Source: a virus (taxonomy: Duplodnaviria; Caudoviricetes). Taken from it: a stretch of DNA of 46,825 nucleotides. Shown piece by piece: positions 43,972 through 46,825 of the stretch. The translations under genes were made by a program, and so were the position numbers. The notes below the pieces were generated by a model that worked only from the letters and a program-made list of their open reading frames with translations, did no database searches and was not told where the DNA came from. Each line of letters starts with the position of its first letter. The stretch's first letter is position 1. The stretch is from positions 1 to 46,825 of the IMG/VR virus record IMGVR_UViG_3300037045_000356; one strand, 5' to 3'.

Positions 43972-44652
43972 GTGGATTTGGAAATAAAACAAGCGTACAG
44001 CCCCAACTTTAGTATTGGACGGAATGGCCGATTGCCTATAGCCATCGTCAACCATATTACTGCCGGGCTTATGCCAGGCACTTTATCTTGGTTGCAGAAT
44101 CCATCAGCTCAGGCCAGCGCACATTATCTGGTAACAAAAACCGGGGAAATCTATCAACTGGTAGCAGATGAAAATACTGCTTGGCACGCAGGTATAGTTA
44201 ATAATCCGGATTGGCCTTTGTATGATGGCACCAACCCCAACAGGTATACGATAGGCATAGAACATGAATGTTTAGAAGGTGGAGAGTTAACCGAAGCCCA
44301 ATACCAGGCTACTCTATGGCTTCATAGGCAGCTGATAGTTAAATGGGGTATACCAATTGATACTGATCATATTATTGGCCATTATCGCATTGATAGTGTT
44401 AATCGTCCGAATGACCCAGGGCCTAGTTTTCCGTGGGAGAAATTATTTTTAGACCTGAAAGGAGAGGGTGATATGGGTATTCCTGCTGGAGCAAAAGAAA
44501 CGTCAATAGAAATTGGTGGAGTAAAATATCCAACCTACATCCTAAATAACACTTTGTACTTTCAAGGGGGAGTACCCGTACGGCCTGTTATCGAGGGAGT
44601 TCCCCGAAAGTTTGAATGGTTAGATAAAGAATTTAGGATGGTATTAAAATAG
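43972..44652 (+). CDS. N-acetylmuramoyl-L-alanine amidase endolysin
   Basis: IVNHIT, ASAHY, AWHAG, IGIEHE and IIGH...DPG amidase_2 motifs. Confidence 0.93.
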   Translation: MDLEIKQAYSPNFSIGRNGRLPIAIVNHITAGLMPGTLSWLQNPSAQASAHYLVTKTGEIYQLVADENTAWHAGIVNNPDWPLYDGTNPNRYTIGIEHECLEGGELTEAQYQATLWLHRQLIVKWGIPIDTDHIIGHYRIDSVNRPNDPGPSFPWEKLFLDLKGEGDMGIPAGAKETSIEIGGVKYPTYILNNTLYFQGGVPVRPVIEGVPRKFEWLDKEFRMVLK

Positions 44653-44664
44653 GGAGGTATTATC

Positions 44665-44844
44665 ATGAAAAAGTCATTCAGCACAAGGGCAATTCTCGCG
44701 TATTTATTAGTAAGCGCGTTTATAGCAGGTTGTTTTGTTCCCAGCATGTCAGAGGTCAAATTTACAGCTTTAGGGACGATGGCAACCACGGCAGTAGTAT
44801 TTTATTTCTCCAACAAGGCAACGCTGGACAAGCCGGCAGAATAG
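44665..44844 (+). CDS. Holin (59 aa, two TM helices; not in ORF track)
   Basis: GGGAGGT RBS; ends TTAVVFYFSNK. Confidence 0.7.
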   Translation: MKKSFSTRAILAYLLVSAFIAGCFVPSMSEVKFTALGTMATTAVVFYFSNKATLDKPAE

Positions 44845-44930
44845 GGGGCGTTTCCATTGGGGCGATACCATTGCTTGTGTTTTTACTGTTGGCGATAGTT
44901 GTATGGTGTATGCCAGAGAAAGAATAAATA

Positions 44931-44957
44931 GGCCGGGGGAGACCCCGGCTTTTTTTA
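44931..44957 (+). terminator. Terminator of the lysis operon
   Basis: GCCGGGG-gaga-CCCCGGC followed by a T run. Confidence 0.85.
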
Positions 44958-45030
44958 TTGTGTAAGCTAATAAAAATAGAGGATTTTACCAAATTTTGTT
45001 GAATATTAACAAAAAAAGGAGTTTGGTAAA

Positions 45031-45936
45031 ATGGCAGCTAAAATGGTTCGGTTTGATTATTTTCAAATATATGGCATAGGTTATGATAAACGCCATAATG
45101 CTCAATATGAGGATAAGTTTAATATTCAAGGTATATTAGAAAAAGCTTCCAAAATAGATGCCGCAGATAGAACTTACGAATATGGAAATGAGGATTCAAG
45201 GCTTCACTTAGTAGAAGTTCTGAAACCTATTAATAAAACAGATAATATATGGGGCATGCAGTTTATTAGAGTGCGGAAAAATGATAGACCGGGTATTCTG
45301 AAAGATGATGGCAGTTTTGATTATATGGAATTGGCTGATAATGAATATATAGGAGAGGAAGTAGCTGCTTTATATGATTCTGAATTATGTGTAATACTTA
45401 TTCAGAGAAACAAATATAGCCTGTCTCCAACAGGAATTCAAACTTTTTTTGACAGTGCGTGGGAAGAGAATGAAATATTTTTTAAACCTGTGATTACACC
45501 TGAAGTCTTTAATCTTTTAAAGAAAAAGAAGAACTACAGATCAATTCATATTAAATTTGCTAATCTGAGAAGACACCAAGTTGAAGAGGGAAAGACCTTA
45601 TTTGGTATTGCTAAAACGATAAATGATTTTTTACCCATTAACGCAGATTTTAATTTAACCATGGGCAACAATCGTTCACTAGATGGTTTACCAGAAGAAG
45701 AAGTTCTTCAAGCAATTGAATTATACAAAGATGAAAAGGAAGTCACAAAACTTGAAGTTAAGGTTCTAGAAGATGACGGTAGGGTTAATGCTTATGATCT
45801 AATTGAAGACAGAGTACATGATAATAAATCATTTACGTACTCAAGAGAAGCCCTAATTGATTATAAACGAGTAATCGACAGCATGTTAGCAACATATTTA
45901 TTAAGAAGGCCGGATTTACAGATAATGTTTAAGTGA
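45031..45936 (+). CDS. AT-rich moron protein (DUF6731-like)
   Basis: VRFDYFQI, EYIGEEVAALYD...IQRNKYSLS; family recalled, not searched. Confidence 0.65.
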   Translation: MAAKMVRFDYFQIYGIGYDKRHNAQYEDKFNIQGILEKASKIDAADRTYEYGNEDSRLHLVEVLKPINKTDNIWGMQFIRVRKNDRPGILKDDGSFDYMELADNEYIGEEVAALYDSELCVILIQRNKYSLSPTGIQTFFDSAWEENEIFFKPVITPEVFNLLKKKKNYRSIHIKFANLRRHQVEEGKTLFGIAKTINDFLPINADFNLTMGNNRSLDGLPEEEVLQAIELYKDEKEVTKLEVKVLEDDGRVNAYDLIEDRVHDNKSFTYSREALIDYKRVIDSMLATYLLRRPDLQIMFK

Positions 45937-45952
45937 AGGGAGGCTAAATACC

Positions 45953-46486
45953 ATGAAGTTAACAGTAGTATCGCCTCGTTTTATTGAAAAAATATATCCG
46001 ATTACCATTGCATTAATAACTGCAATAATGTGCTATGTGTGTAAATTTAACGTGCTAATAAATAAAGATTTTTCTATTACTCTAAACTCAACTATTAGCG
46101 TGAGTGCCGTAATGGTTGGTTTTATGGCTACTATGGTAGCGGTTTTGGTATCTACGGTCAACACAGTTACATTACAAAGAATACAGGATAATAATGCAAT
46201 GGGGTTACTGCATTCCTATTTCCATTCTGCTTTAATAACTGGTTTTATGCTGGCAATTGGGTCTATAGCAACAAGTATGTTACTTGGAACTAGCGGACTA
46301 AAAGGAGAACGTATTACTACTATATGGGTGTTTATTGCAGTCTACTTTGTCTTTGCGACAGCGAGAGTTATATCAATTATGCTGGCAATTCTACGCTCAA
46401 TTTCTAACGAGAGTACAAACAGGAATGAATCCCAGAGCAGTACAATTCAATCTGACCCCGAAAGAGCTTTTAATGGGTCTTGTTAA
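45953..46486 (+). CDS. Four-TM membrane protein, partner of the upstream gene
   Basis: Four hydrophobic segments; operonic. Confidence 0.75.
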   Translation: MKLTVVSPRFIEKIYPITIALITAIMCYVCKFNVLINKDFSITLNSTISVSAVMVGFMATMVAVLVSTVNTVTLQRIQDNNAMGLLHSYFHSALITGFMLAIGSIATSMLLGTSGLKGERITTIWVFIAVYFVFATARVISIMLAILRSISNESTNRNESQSSTIQSDPERAFNGSC

Positions 46487-46488
46487 TT

Positions 46489-46668
46489 ATGAACCGCGAA
46501 CAACTCCAGCAATTAATAACAGCAACCCTAGCAGAAATAGAGCAGGTAAAGCGTGAACTTGAAGAGACCACCGATCCCCGGGAGGAGCTGCACCTCACAC
46601 GGCTAAAGAAAGAACTGCAAATCAGGCAGCTGTGGAATATTGATCAGCTGGAGGCGTTAAAAAAATAG
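46489..46668 (+). CDS. Small coiled-coil hypothetical protein
   Basis: ORF followed by a terminator at 46672-46698. Confidence 0.5.
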   Translation: MNREQLQQLITATLAEIEQVKRELEETTDPREELHLTRLKKELQIRQLWNIDQLEALKK

Positions 46669-46762
46669 ATTGCGGAGGCTTCGGCCTTCGCTTTTATTGA
46701 GGCTGAATAAGCACCCGTGTAAATGGTAATAATCTCCATATAAAAACAATGGAGGTTATCAG

Positions 46763-46825
46763 ATGAAAAAATCAAAGAACGTACTCACAGACAAAGAATT
46801 GGAGTTGGTAAGCCTGCTGATGCAA
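46763..46825 (+). CDS. ORF truncated by the window end
   Basis: GGAGGT RBS; MKKSKNVLTDKELEL... Confidence 0.5.
   Translation, partial: MKKSKNVLTDKELELVSLLMQ

Larger units (their letters stand above)
1..46825. mobile_element. Temperate siphovirus-like prophage, near complete
   Basis: Canonical order of lysogeny, replication, packaging, head, tail and lysis modules; no tail sheath gene; long tape measure gene. Confidence 0.95.

Noticed and set aside
196-44992. Many overlapping opposite-strand or alternate-frame ORFs in the track
   Set aside because: Shadows of well-supported genes, without RBS or motifs
46670-46825. attR or prophage end
   Set aside because: No repeat shared with the left end is visible; the window starts at the integrase stop, so attL is likely outside

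Overview
The window is an almost complete temperate phage (prophage) of a Bacillota host, with the siphovirus-type gene order. The host group, probably Clostridia, is inferred from RBS, promoter and gene style. Gene order: tyrosine integrase, ImmA/ImmR-like immunity switch, early genes, a single-chain SbcD-SbcC (Mre11-Rad50) fusion, ASCH / C5-methyltransferase / PAPS-reductase-like genes, replication initiator with iterons, terminase, portal, MuF-type minor capsid with a C-terminal HExxH domain, head and tail genes, tail fibres, a papain-like peptidase, a lysis cassette and right-end morons. The att sites are not identifiable in the window. The most striking unannotated structure is a family of five 28-bp dif-like sites (11-6-11 architecture; one arm matches the E. 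coli XerC arm at 10/11). Two bracket a low-GC moron at gene boundaries, two lie in-frame inside a tail-fibre gene, and one closes the fibre-tip/chaperone module in inverted orientation. This suggests a Xer-type gene/domain cassette exchange system in a phage. Other candidates: a split tail gene, a type I toxin-antitoxin-like locus, a MuF toxin-immunity pair, an orphan IetA-like ATPase, a RexAB/Kiwa-like pair and non-canonical start codons. All family assignments come from motif recognition by eye; no searches were run.
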